From the NCBI GenBank assembly GCA_963759805.1, contig CAVXAT010000005.1, forward strand, positions 1 through 64,000: DNA of 64,000 nucleotides, read 5' to 3'. Position 1 is the first letter of the stretch, and each line of letters begins with the position of its first letter. The notes beneath the pieces are model-generated. The model made no database searches, was not told the origin of the DNA, and worked only from the letters and a program-made list of their open reading frames with translations. The position numbers and the translations under genes were made by a program. The DNA is from an uncultured bacterium. GTDB taxonomy: Bacteria > Babelota > Babeliae > Babelales > RVW-14. Shown here piece by piece: positions 30,419 through 39,980 of this stretch.

Positions 30419-30482
30419 CCAGATTTCGCTCTTGCTTGTCCGTCGTAACCTTGGTGAAGACGGGAAGAGCTATGTATGGCAG
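30418..30482. repeat. Degenerate nested type-B palindromes
   Basis: Outer TTCGCTCTT..AAGAGCTATGTATGGCAG enclosing inverted CTTGTCCGTCGTAACCTTGGTGAAGACGG. Confidence 0.6.
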
Positions 30483-30573
30483 AACACTTTCTTTAAATGA
30501 ATTAAACGTGAGCAAAAGCTGGCACATCAAGACTCACACATACGATCGAACATAGTTCAGATCACTAAATTTT

Positions 30574-31125
30574 TTAATATTTTATACAACTGAATTCCTT
30601 AAGCGTTTCGGTATTGATAAAGTGGAGGTTTTCTGGAATCAACAGTGTTTGTGCAAGCTCTATTGTTTCTTCATGTGTATCGTTAATATGAATTGGATAA
30701 TCGCCTATATTGAATAATTCCCGGATCATCCTTTTGCATATTACTACCTTTTTTAGAGACTTTGCTTTAAATACGACGACTTTTAATTGATAAGAGCCGC
30801 CTATTTGTTGGATGGTAAACCTCTTTTTTAGGTTGTAATGTGTCGTAAAGTTTTTGTAGGCTATTTTGAGTAAATTGAGTGGACCATTTCCCTTTAGATT
30901 AACTGTTGTTTTATACACGATTTTTCCATAATGTTGAAACAGCTGCTTAATTTTCTTATCATGTCCACGGACACATGGAAATAAAAGTGCTATATAAGTG
31001 TGTTTGCTCGAGATACAGGATTGAAAGGCTATGGCATCAAGTTTGCTTGCCTTATCAACCTCTTTGGCATGCAGGTGCATACAACACAAAAAAACAATCC
31101 CAACCAATTTGTTCTTTTCAAACAT
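30574..31125 (-). CDS. Hypothetical exported protein
   Basis: Signal peptide ending LHA; 183-aa ORF; IHINDTHEE motif. Confidence 0.6.
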   Translation of the reverse strand: MFEKNKLVGIVFLCCMHLHAKEVDKASKLDAIAFQSCISSKHTYIALLFPCVRGHDKKIKQLFQHYGKIVYKTTVNLKGNGPLNLLKIAYKNFTTHYNLKKRFTIQQIGGSYQLKVVVFKAKSLKKVVICKRMIRELFNIGDYPIHINDTHEETIELAQTLLIPENLHFINTETLKEFSCIKY

Positions 31126-31270
31126 TTTATTACTTCGTTCTTTTTATAAATACCCTTCCTGCTTCCTTGATAACAGTCTTAATGGATTGATTTATAAAAG
31201 TCAAACATTTGCATAACCATATAACTTTGCATTATAGCCTCTGATTTACATTAAATTTTTCAGATATCAT

Positions 31271-31373
31271 CGACAACTCCATTTTCATACTTTTCCAACC
31301 TGTCCGCCGAAGTTTCCTCCTATGCCCAGGTGGCTTCGGAGGATAAATTAACGAAGGCCGGATTGAAAGTTCG
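31271..31373. repeat. Intergenic repeat copy 4 (partial), interrupted by a 64-bp nested type-B insertion at 31299-31362
   Basis: ACTTTTCCAA[64 bp]TTGAAAGTTCG restores the copy-1 sequence; flank CTCCATTTTCATAC resembles TTCCATTTTTAAAC. Confidence 0.8.
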
Positions 31374-31510
31374 TAATTTATTTTTTACGCCCTTAAAGCA
31401 TGTTTTTAGATTTTATTACATAAATTCTTGATTTAATCTGCCAAGTTGTCGCATAAATGCATCATGTAATAATAAATTTAACTGTTTATCTCTATTAAAG
31501 GGTTGTAAAA

Positions 31511-34138
31511 ATGATAAAAAAATTTTTGATTGGCTTGTTGATATTCAATTTTATTTTGGCAAGCGGCAACGCGATGAATCCAGTCCTAACGCCAGAACAA
31601 ACAAGAATAAGATCATTTAAAATAGGTGGCGAAACAGTTTATCAAATCATTGCTCCAAATGAGAGCTTAATAAAGCTGCAAGGATATGAGCTGGGATTAA
31701 TGCAACAGCTGGCTTGGGTAATGATCCCGCAGATGCATCAAGCATTGCAATGGATTCAACATCCATATGGAGCCATTGAAAACCAAGATTTAATTGATTA
31801 TTTTAGGCATAATGCAGAAGAAGAAAGCTATATCTCGGCTACATGTGGTTTTGGAGCCGCATTTATAGCATACACTTTAACTAATTTATTGAATGGAAAT
31901 CCCAAAATATCTAGGGATGAGATATACAGAGCGTTTTATCCTGAAGTAGATGATCCATTTAATTGGGGGCGGTGGCCTTTTCCTGAGTTAGACCAAGAAA
32001 ATAATGTGTACAAATTTAACTCAGATAAATTTAAAGAATTTTTTAAAAATGCAATTCCAGTTGTTGTAGGATACCGAAGAGATAAGAATCAAGTAAATGT
32101 ATATGAAAAGAATTTATCTTCAGATGAAATAAGTCATATAGTTTCAACTTATCAACCAGCAATATCCGACGTAAAAGATAAAATAGTACTCATAGAAACC
32201 GATTATGATCCGAACATCGAATCCAAAAAGGACACTCTACAAAAAAAAATCAATGCTGTTATAAAGGATTCCTCTGGAAGTAAATTTGTCATTTTTATTT
32301 GTGGTAACAATTTCCAAACAGGTGCACATTGGGTAGCAATTATCATTCGAAAAAATAGTAACAATAATGTAGAAATCTTATATTCTGATACAGCAAATTG
32401 GAAGGTTGACCAGCTTAAGGAGCCTATTTTCCATGTTATTAGTTTAATAAAAAAATTACAAGGTAGCGAAACTTTTGAAGCTTGGATGGAAAAATTAAAG
32501 CGTAATATTGATGCATACATATTTAATGAAGACAGTATGAAAGGCATAGATAAAATAAACAAACTTTATGAAGACTATAAACAAGGTAATGCTGCTGCTA
32601 AAAGTTTAGAAGATTGGTTTAAAGAAAATCTTGAAAACTTAATATCAAACAACCAGCCTAGTAAAGATTTTAGAAACGCTTTGTATGAACATTTTTTAAA
32701 ACCACGGTGCAAAAACTGTGGTAATGTAACTGCTAAACCTATTCCACTCCCTTGTGGAATGGTATTTGGTGAAGATCAAAGACTCACACGAAAAAAGAAT
32801 TTCGATCATTACCTTGTTTGCCAAGATTGTCTAAATAATAAGTTGTTTGACGATAAGGGAAAGAGTGAAAGTACTATTTATTCATGGAAATGTCCTGAGT
32901 GTGGCGGATACGTTACACATAAATTTAAAAGGCTAATTGAATCCGAGGGGTACAGTGGTAACGTAATATTAGCATGCGCAATGTATTATGGACAAGATGA
33001 TAAGGAACAATCACAATTTTCAGATACTTTTTTAGAAAAATTTATATCATCCGATGCCAGGAGTGGTATATCTGTTTATAGAGCCAAAACATATCTAGAA
33101 AGAATTAAACAGGCACAAAAGGATATCAGGCCTAAATTAGCACTCTGTAATTTGGAAGAGGTTCTAAAAAAGCCACTTCTTGGCCAACGGTTAGAAGAGC
33201 TACGAGGCTTGCTAGATTTGCCTGACCTGGGGGACAAGTGGTTTGCTCAACAATTATCAGATCTACTTTTGCAAGAAGAACCAAGCCAACTTGGAGGTAA
33301 AAATGCAGAAACATTAACTCTTAGGCTTCTAGAGCTAAACGCTGATCCAAACAAGATAATTGATAGATTATGTGATTTATCTGATAAAATTGCAAAATTT
33401 GAACTTTACGAATTCATTAAAAATAATCAAGCCAAACTCTTAAAAAATCGAACTTCAAAATTAGTAGAGGTTTTAGATGGGGAAAAAATTGAAACTCTTG
33501 CTAAAGTATCTGCATCCAATAAAAAAGAAAAAATCAGAGAACTAAACGAGCAAAAACAGTCATGGCTAAACGAATTAGCCAAGAATGATTCTGCTATTCA
33601 ATCAATCTTGGGACAGATACACAACAACCATAAATTAAGAGGCAAAGTAGAAGAGTTGGGAAAAATTCCAGCAGGACTGGATGAAGATGGGAAATACACA
33701 GAAAGTCAAATTACAGAAATTATAAAATGGTCAAACCAAAGATGGGAAAATGCAACTAAAGAGCAGCTTCGTAAAATATTGGTGGACGCAATTGAATTGT
33801 TCAGATTATCAAATAATGAGAATATACAAATAAGAAATTCATTAGATATATTAATAAAAAAATTTTGTGAGCATGATAAATCTAAAGAATATTCAGATGA
33901 AGATCTTGCAACCTTAAAAGACCTAAGCATAACTGGCGAGGATTTTGAGAGAAGTCTACCAATTGACATTCCTAGGGAGCGCCAAGAATTACTTAAAACA
34001 AAATTCGAAAACGCGCAACATGCGTCTCCACTTAAAAAAAATCTTCAATTATTAGCAACTCAATTGGAAACTTTAAAGGAAAAGCTTAAAAAATTACAAG
34101 CCAAGTTAGTTTTGTTAAATAACAAGTTACACCAATAG
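31511..34138 (+). CDS. Exported protein: putative cysteine-protease domain, RING-like zinc finger, C-terminal leucine-heptad tag
   Basis: Signal peptide; TCG, HWVAII, YSDT; CKNC..LPCG..HYLVCQDC..CPEC. Confidence 0.7.
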   Translation: MIKKFLIGLLIFNFILASGNAMNPVLTPEQTRIRSFKIGGETVYQIIAPNESLIKLQGYELGLMQQLAWVMIPQMHQALQWIQHPYGAIENQDLIDYFRHNAEEESYISATCGFGAAFIAYTLTNLLNGNPKISRDEIYRAFYPEVDDPFNWGRWPFPELDQENNVYKFNSDKFKEFFKNAIPVVVGYRRDKNQVNVYEKNLSSDEISHIVSTYQPAISDVKDKIVLIETDYDPNIESKKDTLQKKINAVIKDSSGSKFVIFICGNNFQTGAHWVAIIIRKNSNNNVEILYSDTANWKVDQLKEPIFHVISLIKKLQGSETFEAWMEKLKRNIDAYIFNEDSMKGIDKINKLYEDYKQGNAAAKSLEDWFKENLENLISNNQPSKDFRNALYEHFLKPRCKNCGNVTAKPIPLPCGMVFGEDQRLTRKKNFDHYLVCQDCLNNKLFDDKGKSESTIYSWKCPECGGYVTHKFKRLIESEGYSGNVILACAMYYGQDDKEQSQFSDTFLEKFISSDARSGISVYRAKTYLERIKQAQKDIRPKLALCNLEEVLKKPLLGQRLEELRGLLDLPDLGDKWFAQQLSDLLLQEEPSQLGGKNAETLTLRLLELNADPNKIIDRLCDLSDKIAKFELYEFIKNNQAKLLKNRTSKLVEVLDGEKIETLAKVSASNKKEKIRELNEQKQSWLNELAKNDSAIQSILGQIHNNHKLRGKVEELGKIPAGLDEDGKYTESQITEIIKWSNQRWENATKEQLRKILVDAIELFRLSNNENIQIRNSLDILIKKFCEHDKSKEYSDEDLATLKDLSITGEDFERSLPIDIPRERQELLKTKFENAQHASPLKKNLQLLATQLETLKEKLKKLQAKLVLLNNKLHQ

Positions 34139-34163
34139 ATCAAAAAGTAAAAACACAAGCAAT

Positions 34164-35385
34164 CTATATCCCCGGATCATTTGGTTGCAATGAATCCGTT
34201 AAATAATGGATGAATTCAGGTGGAAGATTTTTGCGAAGTTGTTCATCTGATACTTGAGAGGTAAACTCCTCAAATAATCCATAACTGTAGGTATTCCAAA
34301 AAAGAACCGTTTTATCCTTAAGTATGCCTTTATTTGCGTCATCAATTAATGCTGACAATGTTTTTCCAGTATAAGTTGACTCAAGTTTTTTGCCGGTTGC
34401 GCAATACAGTAATGAAATAGCATCAGCTGCCTTTGGCGTAACAGCCGCATACCCATCCCCAACGCAATCATGATTTATCTCTATATCAAGCCCGGGAATT
34501 GCTACCTGAGTTCCATTATTAAAAAGTTGCGCTGTTTCAAAATAAAAAGAGTCATCTACTTCTTTTAAATATTTACCGGTTTTATTCACAAGATCACAAA
34601 GAAACTTTGCTTTGTACTCTGGAGTAAAACTGATGCGAACCGGAATTATTTTACTTTTCAAACCCGCAGCATTTGCCCCGGCCAAAACTCCCGCAGCTGT
34701 TCCACAACTTCCAAGCGTTATATAAATAACATCAGGCTCTTTGATTCCCATCTCTTCTATTTGTTTTTTCAATTCAAAAACTGCATTAACATATCCAATT
34801 GACCCAAGTTCATTAGACCCTCCCATAGGAATAAAATAGTAACCATTTTTATCACAAATCTCCTGTGCATGTTGCTTCCATTTTTTCATTAGTATCAAAA
34901 CATGGGGGTGCATAAATAATTGCTGCACCAAAATATACCATAAGTTTAAGATTACGGATCACAACGCTTGTCTGACGTTGATCATCCAACACAAGAACGG
35001 CCTTCAAACCAACAGCTTTTGCACAAATTGCCGTTTCAAGGGCATGGTTTGATCCTGCACTACCAACAGTACACACTGTTTTATAGCCTTTTTTCAACGC
35101 ATCTGCTAAAAGAAATTCCAATTTTCTCATTTTGTTGCCGGTCAGAATTTTTGCATCACTGCTATATCCATCGTCCTTTATGTATAAGTCTTTTATTCCC
35201 AATTTTTTACTAAGCTCTTCTACCTTAACCAATGGGCTTGGATAGTTACCAAATTTAATATGAGGAATGCTTTTTGCCATTTTGGGATATTTATCAAAAA
35301 GGGGAACATTGGCATGTAGAATTGCATATGGAAACACAAAATTTGCAACAATTATAAAAGAAAAAAATCTTTTGGAAAAATTCAT
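34164..35385 (-). CDS. D-cysteine desulfhydrase / ACC deaminase family PLP enzyme, 1-nt frameshift near 34870-34910
   Basis: LYIKDD, GNKMRKLEFLL, SNHA; then IPMGGSN, GSCGT, LESTYTGK, LFWNT. Confidence 0.85.
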
Positions 35386-35513
35386 CGAACTTCCTTTCAA
35401 AAATACAAAACTAATGTCTGCGCCAGCAACATTTTGACTATAAATAATTTTTTATATATTATCTATCATCAGTTTAAACTGTTCGATAAGAAGCAATCAT
35501 CAAGGATACTTTT

Positions 35514-36413
35514 ATGGTTTCTGTTCTCAATATCAAAGAAAATGGAATTGTTGGTAAACTTTTTCTTCCAGATACATCTGAGCCCAGGCCCGCAATTATA
35601 GTATTAAGCGGATCATATGGGGGTTGCTACGAATATGCAGCAAGAGCATTTGCACTAGAGGGGTATGTTGCATTTGCCCTAGCATACTTTAATGCTGATG
35701 GGGTCCCCAAAAATCTAGAAAATATACCTCTAGAATATTTTTTAAATGGCATTACATGGCTTAAATTTCAGCCCCAGGTGAAATCAGGAGAAATACACCT
35801 GTATGGCGTATCAAGAGGCGGCGAGTTAGCCCTGCTTTTAGCAAGCACATTTCCAAATGAAATTTCTTCGGTCGTGGCAGCGGTTCCCAGTTGCGTAACA
35901 TATGGAGGAATTCCTAATGAGAAAAAGCCTTCTTGGACTTTGGGTGGAAAAGCACTTCCTATTGCACCTTCCCCAAATAAAGAGGATGAGTACAAGCAAT
36001 TAGAAACACAAAAGGCTGTTAATTTAACCAAGCTGTTTTTAGAGAAAATGCGTAACAACAAAGAAGCCTTCGACAAAGCTATGATAAAGGTAGAAAACAT
36101 TCGATGTCCCATCCTTATAATTTCCGGCAAGGATGACAAAATGTGGCCTTCATCTATTTATGGGGATTTGGTTATGCAGCGCTTAGATAAGTTTAAATCC
36201 CCAATTTTCAGAGAACACCTGTGTTATGATATGGCTGGGCACATGGTCCTGCATTCACTTGCACCCATTATGACAGAAGCCCAAAAGCATCCTGTTACAG
36301 GTTTATTTTATGAGGTTGGAGGAGATCCAGAGGCACAAGTTATAGCAAATAAAGACTCCTGGCATAAGATGCTGGATTTTCTTAAAAACCACCATCGTAA
36401 GGGAAACGCATAA
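35514..36413 (+). CDS. Acyl-CoA thioester hydrolase / BAAT C-terminal family
   Basis: LSGSYGG, LAYF, IPLEYF, GVSRGGE, GKDDKMWPS, AGH. Confidence 0.88.
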   Translation: MVSVLNIKENGIVGKLFLPDTSEPRPAIIVLSGSYGGCYEYAARAFALEGYVAFALAYFNADGVPKNLENIPLEYFLNGITWLKFQPQVKSGEIHLYGVSRGGELALLLASTFPNEISSVVAAVPSCVTYGGIPNEKKPSWTLGGKALPIAPSPNKEDEYKQLETQKAVNLTKLFLEKMRNNKEAFDKAMIKVENIRCPILIISGKDDKMWPSSIYGDLVMQRLDKFKSPIFREHLCYDMAGHMVLHSLAPIMTEAQKHPVTGLFYEVGGDPEAQVIANKDSWHKMLDFLKNHHRKGNA

Positions 36414-36582
36414 ATATCTCGAAAGAAGTGCCTACCGCCGACACACAAAGCTATTAATGTAAAAATCAGAGCAAATCCCATCTTAATATATTTACATATT
36501 TATATATTTGAATACAAATATATTTTCTGGTATAGTTAAACCCATTTGAATTGAGAAAAAACCCTATAAAAAGGAGCTCTTT

Positions 36583-36822
36583 ATGAAAGAAAGTAAAGTT
36601 AGATTGAGCTTTGATATTCCAGCTGAAGAACATATTGTATTAAAAAGCGAATGCGCACAATCAAGAATCGCTATGAAAGATTTTTTGCACGATTTAGTGT
36701 TAAAAGGAATACAGGAGTTAAGGGAAAAGCAACTACGGAAAAGACTAAAAAAGTCGATACAACAATCAAAAGAAGGCAAGGTTAAAAGCAGAGGTTCTTT
36801 TTCAAAGTACGTGGGACAATGA
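36583..36822 (+). CDS. Putative antitoxin (RHH-like)
   Basis: VRLSFDIP N-terminus; 4-nt overlap with the toxin gene. Confidence 0.65.
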   Translation: MKESKVRLSFDIPAEEHIVLKSECAQSRIAMKDFLHDLVLKGIQELREKQLRKRLKKSIQQSKEGKVKSRGSFSKYVGQ

Positions 36823-37115
36823 AATTTGAATTAGTTTTTACCGACCATGCTGATCAACAAATGGATGACATTGAAAAGAATAATAACAAAAGAGCAGCAT
36901 TAAAAGCTGTGCGTAAAATTTTGGGGTTTATGGAAAAAAACTTGCGGCATCCTTCATTGAATACTCACAAATATGATGTCTTAAATGGCCCAAATGATGA
37001 AGATGTTTTCGAATCCTATGCCCAGAATAAGACACCAGGAGCTTATCGCGTATTTTGGCATTATGGTCCGGGAAAAGGCAAGATCACCATTCTTGAAATT
37101 TGCCCCCATCCGTAA
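36819..37115 (+). CDS. RelE-superfamily toxin-like protein
   Basis: RHPSLNTH, FESYAQNKTPGAYRVFWHYGP, PHP. Confidence 0.75.
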   Translation: MKFELVFTDHADQQMDDIEKNNNKRAALKAVRKILGFMEKNLRHPSLNTHKYDVLNGPNDEDVFESYAQNKTPGAYRVFWHYGPGKGKITILEICPHP

Positions 37116-37177
37116 CGTATCAGGAAATACAATGAGGCAAAATAGTTAATATGGAAAAACATTAAGAGGATTTTTAA

Positions 37178-37567
37178 ATGGCTATTAAACGAATTGGCTT
37201 GTCATGGATCGGAACAACTGACATAAAGAAATCCAAGAACTTTTTCACTAACATCTTGGGTTTAAATGTTTTTGAAGAGCAACCAGAATATGGTTGGCTT
37301 GAGGTACAGGGTTTACAGAAGGGACAAACTCTTGGAATTGGGCTTGCAAGTCCCGAAAGCGGAATGCCTGCCGGAGTTAATGCTGTTGTTACGTTCGTTG
37401 TTGATAATTACGACAATATGAAGCAAGATCTTATGGAAAAGGGCGTAACGTTTTTTGGTGAACTCGCCGGCATCCCAGCTGTTCCACGTATGATTTGTTT
37501 TAAAGATCCTGATGGAAATACATTTCAAATAGTTGAAGAAACCGTTGGGCATACGGATAAAATCTAA
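37178..37567 (+). CDS. VOC / glyoxalase family protein
   Basis: FFTNILGL, FKDPDGNTFQIVE. Confidence 0.88.
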   Translation: MAIKRIGLSWIGTTDIKKSKNFFTNILGLNVFEEQPEYGWLEVQGLQKGQTLGIGLASPESGMPAGVNAVVTFVVDNYDNMKQDLMEKGVTFFGELAGIPAVPRMICFKDPDGNTFQIVEETVGHTDKI

Positions 37568-37574
37568 CAATACC

Positions 37575-38237
37575 TTAATGTTTCTTCTCCGGATTCCATT
37601 TACTTTTTGTTCCACATTTTGGACAAGTAACTTTATTGCAGCCTCCATCTTTAAATAAAGGTCTTTTACATTTTGGGCATGGTCTTGAATTTTCATCAAT
37701 CCAAGCTTTACTTAATTTTGAGGCTTCTTCGGATTTTTTTTCTTCCTCCATTTCTGCGCGTCTTTCTGCCTTTTTACAACTAATTTTAGGATCATGCAAT
37801 CTTAAACATTGGCAGCAATAAGTCTGATGACATTCTGGACATTCTATAATCCTAACTTCCACATCTTCATTTATGAATGCATACAGACAGTTATGGGTTG
37901 GGCAAAGTTTTGAGGCAGAATGCTTTACAAGTTCTAGATATTGAAGTTTTTTCATTATGCTACTATCACTGACTAGACGACCAAGCTCTTCTTGATTTAG
38001 ATATCGAGCACATTCGGGAAGTGGACATTTTGGACTTACACGATTTTCAATGCCAGCCGTAATTATTCCAGAAATGCATTCCAGGCAACATTCATGGCCG
38101 CAGGAGAGTTTGAAAAATGGAGAAGCCCCTTCTTCCTGATAACAAACCGGACACGTAGGACGCACAGCCATAGATGCTATGGATGGTGAACCGAGTGTCA
38201 AAAATATAAAGAACAACGTTTTGGCAAACTTGAACAT
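37575..38237 (-). CDS. Exported RING-IBR-RING (RBR, Ariadne-like) E3 ubiquitin ligase candidate
   Basis: GGAGG RBS, signal peptide, RING1 CPVC..CGH..CLEC..CP..EC, IBR CP..NC..CPEC..CCQC..H..C, Rcat CPKC..KDGGCNKVTC. Confidence 0.88.
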   Translation of the reverse strand: MFKFAKTLFFIFLTLGSPSIASMAVRPTCPVCYQEEGASPFFKLSCGHECCLECISGIITAGIENRVSPKCPLPECARYLNQEELGRLVSDSSIMKKLQYLELVKHSASKLCPTHNCLYAFINEDVEVRIIECPECHQTYCCQCLRLHDPKISCKKAERRAEMEEEKKSEEASKLSKAWIDENSRPCPKCKRPLFKDGGCNKVTCPKCGTKSKWNPEKKH

Positions 38238-38360
38238 TATAACCTCCAGATATATTTATTTTACTATATTTTATACACGAAATGATGGATATAGCATGCC
38301 CGAAAGGATAAAAATTTGCAAAAAGCATTCAAAATCCAATGAATTTGCCACAAATTAACT

Positions 38361-38567
38361 CTATTTATCGCTAAATTCTAACAAATCCCCTGGCTGGCAA
38401 TCAAGAACTTTACACAACGCCTCGAGCGTGGAGAATCTTATGGCTTTTGCTTTTCCGTTTTTTAGAATAGAAAGATTGGCTTCGGTGATTCCAACCTTTT
38501 CCGCAAGTTCATTGAGGCGCATCTTACGACGCGCCATCATTTCATCGAGTTTAACAATTATTTTCAT
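38361..38567 (-). CDS. Cro/C1-type HTH regulator (YozG-like)
   Basis: GITEANLSILKNGKAKAIRFSTLEALC..CQPGDLL. Confidence 0.92.
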   Translation of the reverse strand: MKIIVKLDEMMARRKMRLNELAEKVGITEANLSILKNGKAKAIRFSTLEALCKVLDCQPGDLLEFSDK

Positions 38568-38575
38568 GTTACCGC

Positions 38576-39124
38576 CTAAACAGTTAAATCTGATTCATTT
38601 TTTAAAGCATAAGCTTCTTGCATTAGCGAAGTAATTACAAGAAAAAATCCTACTACAAAAATATTTATGATATCATGCGAGGTAATCGAAACTTCAATTA
38701 CACGCTGTCCCACCGGATTAAAAAATGTGGTCACCAAGCTTAAAAGTGTGTGTTTAAGTGGAGCATACAAAGCCCATACCAAAGCTATGCGACTAACCTT
38801 TTGAAACAGTTGCAATAGATGAGACGAAAAGATTTCTCCTCTCTGATACAGCTTAAGAATTTTTATAAAATAAAAACATCCAACAAGAATCAACACACAA
38901 GAAATTCCATCAATCAGCAAATATAATATTTTTGATAATATTGGAAGATTCGCCAAGCTGGTAATGGCATCTGATGAATAATTAAACCCTACCCAAAATT
39001 CGTCGAGAGATTCACAATGTCCATTAATAAACCATCTATAAACAAATATGAAAATTATCAATGGCAAAATAATAAATTTAACAAAAAATTCCAGAAATTT
39101 TGCCCGACTTTTTAAATTTTTCAT
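38576..39124 (-). CDS. DUF2975 membrane protein
   Basis: Four hydrophobic segments, GEIFS, C-terminal LKNESDLTV, typical pairing with the HTH gene. Confidence 0.85.
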   Translation of the reverse strand: MKNLKSRAKFLEFFVKFIILPLIIFIFVYRWFINGHCESLDEFWVGFNYSSDAITSLANLPILSKILYLLIDGISCVLILVGCFYFIKILKLYQRGEIFSSHLLQLFQKVSRIALVWALYAPLKHTLLSLVTTFFNPVGQRVIEVSITSHDIINIFVVGFFLVITSLMQEAYALKNESDLTV

Positions 39125-39173
39125 AAACAAACTCCTAGCTAAAGAACTTTATTTTACTCACAAACTTAACTAC

Positions 39174-39230
39174 ATTTTAAATATATATTATCGAATGTCA
39201 ATATAATTTTATCGATTATCGATAAAATTA
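39174..39230 (-). promoter_or_regulatory. Promoter and palindromic operator of the DUF2975-HTH operon
   Basis: Minus-strand TTGACA (39196-39201) and TAAAAT (39174-39179); perfect 13-bp IR TAATTTTATCGAT-T-ATCGATAAAATTA. Confidence 0.65.
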
Positions 39231-39980
39231 ATTTATCTAATATTATTTACAAACACACCCAAAATAATTTACGATTTTTCAGTTACCAATAAATCAAATT
39301 TTTTATAAAAGGAGAAATGTTATGCGTATAACACCCAGAAAAATTCTATTTATATTCGCCATCTTCGTATGTACTCAATTATGTTTGCAGACCCCAATTT
39401 CTGCAGCAACATTTACCGTGACAAAAACATCTGATACATATCCCATAGGACAGACAGGACAGTTACGCTGGGCAATTCAACGGGCTAATCAGACCGCCGG
39501 AACAAATCAAATTAATTTTAATATCCCAGGAACTGGCCCTTTTGTTATTCAGCCGGTCCATGATCTTGATGCTATCACTAATCCTGTAATCATTAATGGC
39601 TACAGTCAACCGGGCGCAACGGAAAATACGCTTGCCACCGGCAACAATGCACATTTACTCATTGCCATGTATGGAGCAAACTATGCCACAGGCAATGCAT
39701 ATCAAGGCTCAGGCAACGGCCTATTTTTTTATCAAGGGTCTGATGGTTCTGTTGTAAAGGGTTTAGTTATTAGTGCATGGATCAATAACGGCATTGTTGT
39801 ATACAATGCAAACAATATCAATATAGTTGGAAATTTTATTGGCACAAAGGCAACGGGAACTGCTCAATTAGCAAATCAAACAGGAATATTTATCGAGTCC
39901 GGAAATAATACAACCATTGGATCCTCTATAGTGACCCCCATTGTCAAGACAAATTTTTAACTTATATTTCAGAATTTTTA

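Noticed and set aside
36424..36440. GAAGTGCCT as a fifth cassette repeat
   Set aside because: Only 9 bp match; flanks and the encoded peptide are not conserved
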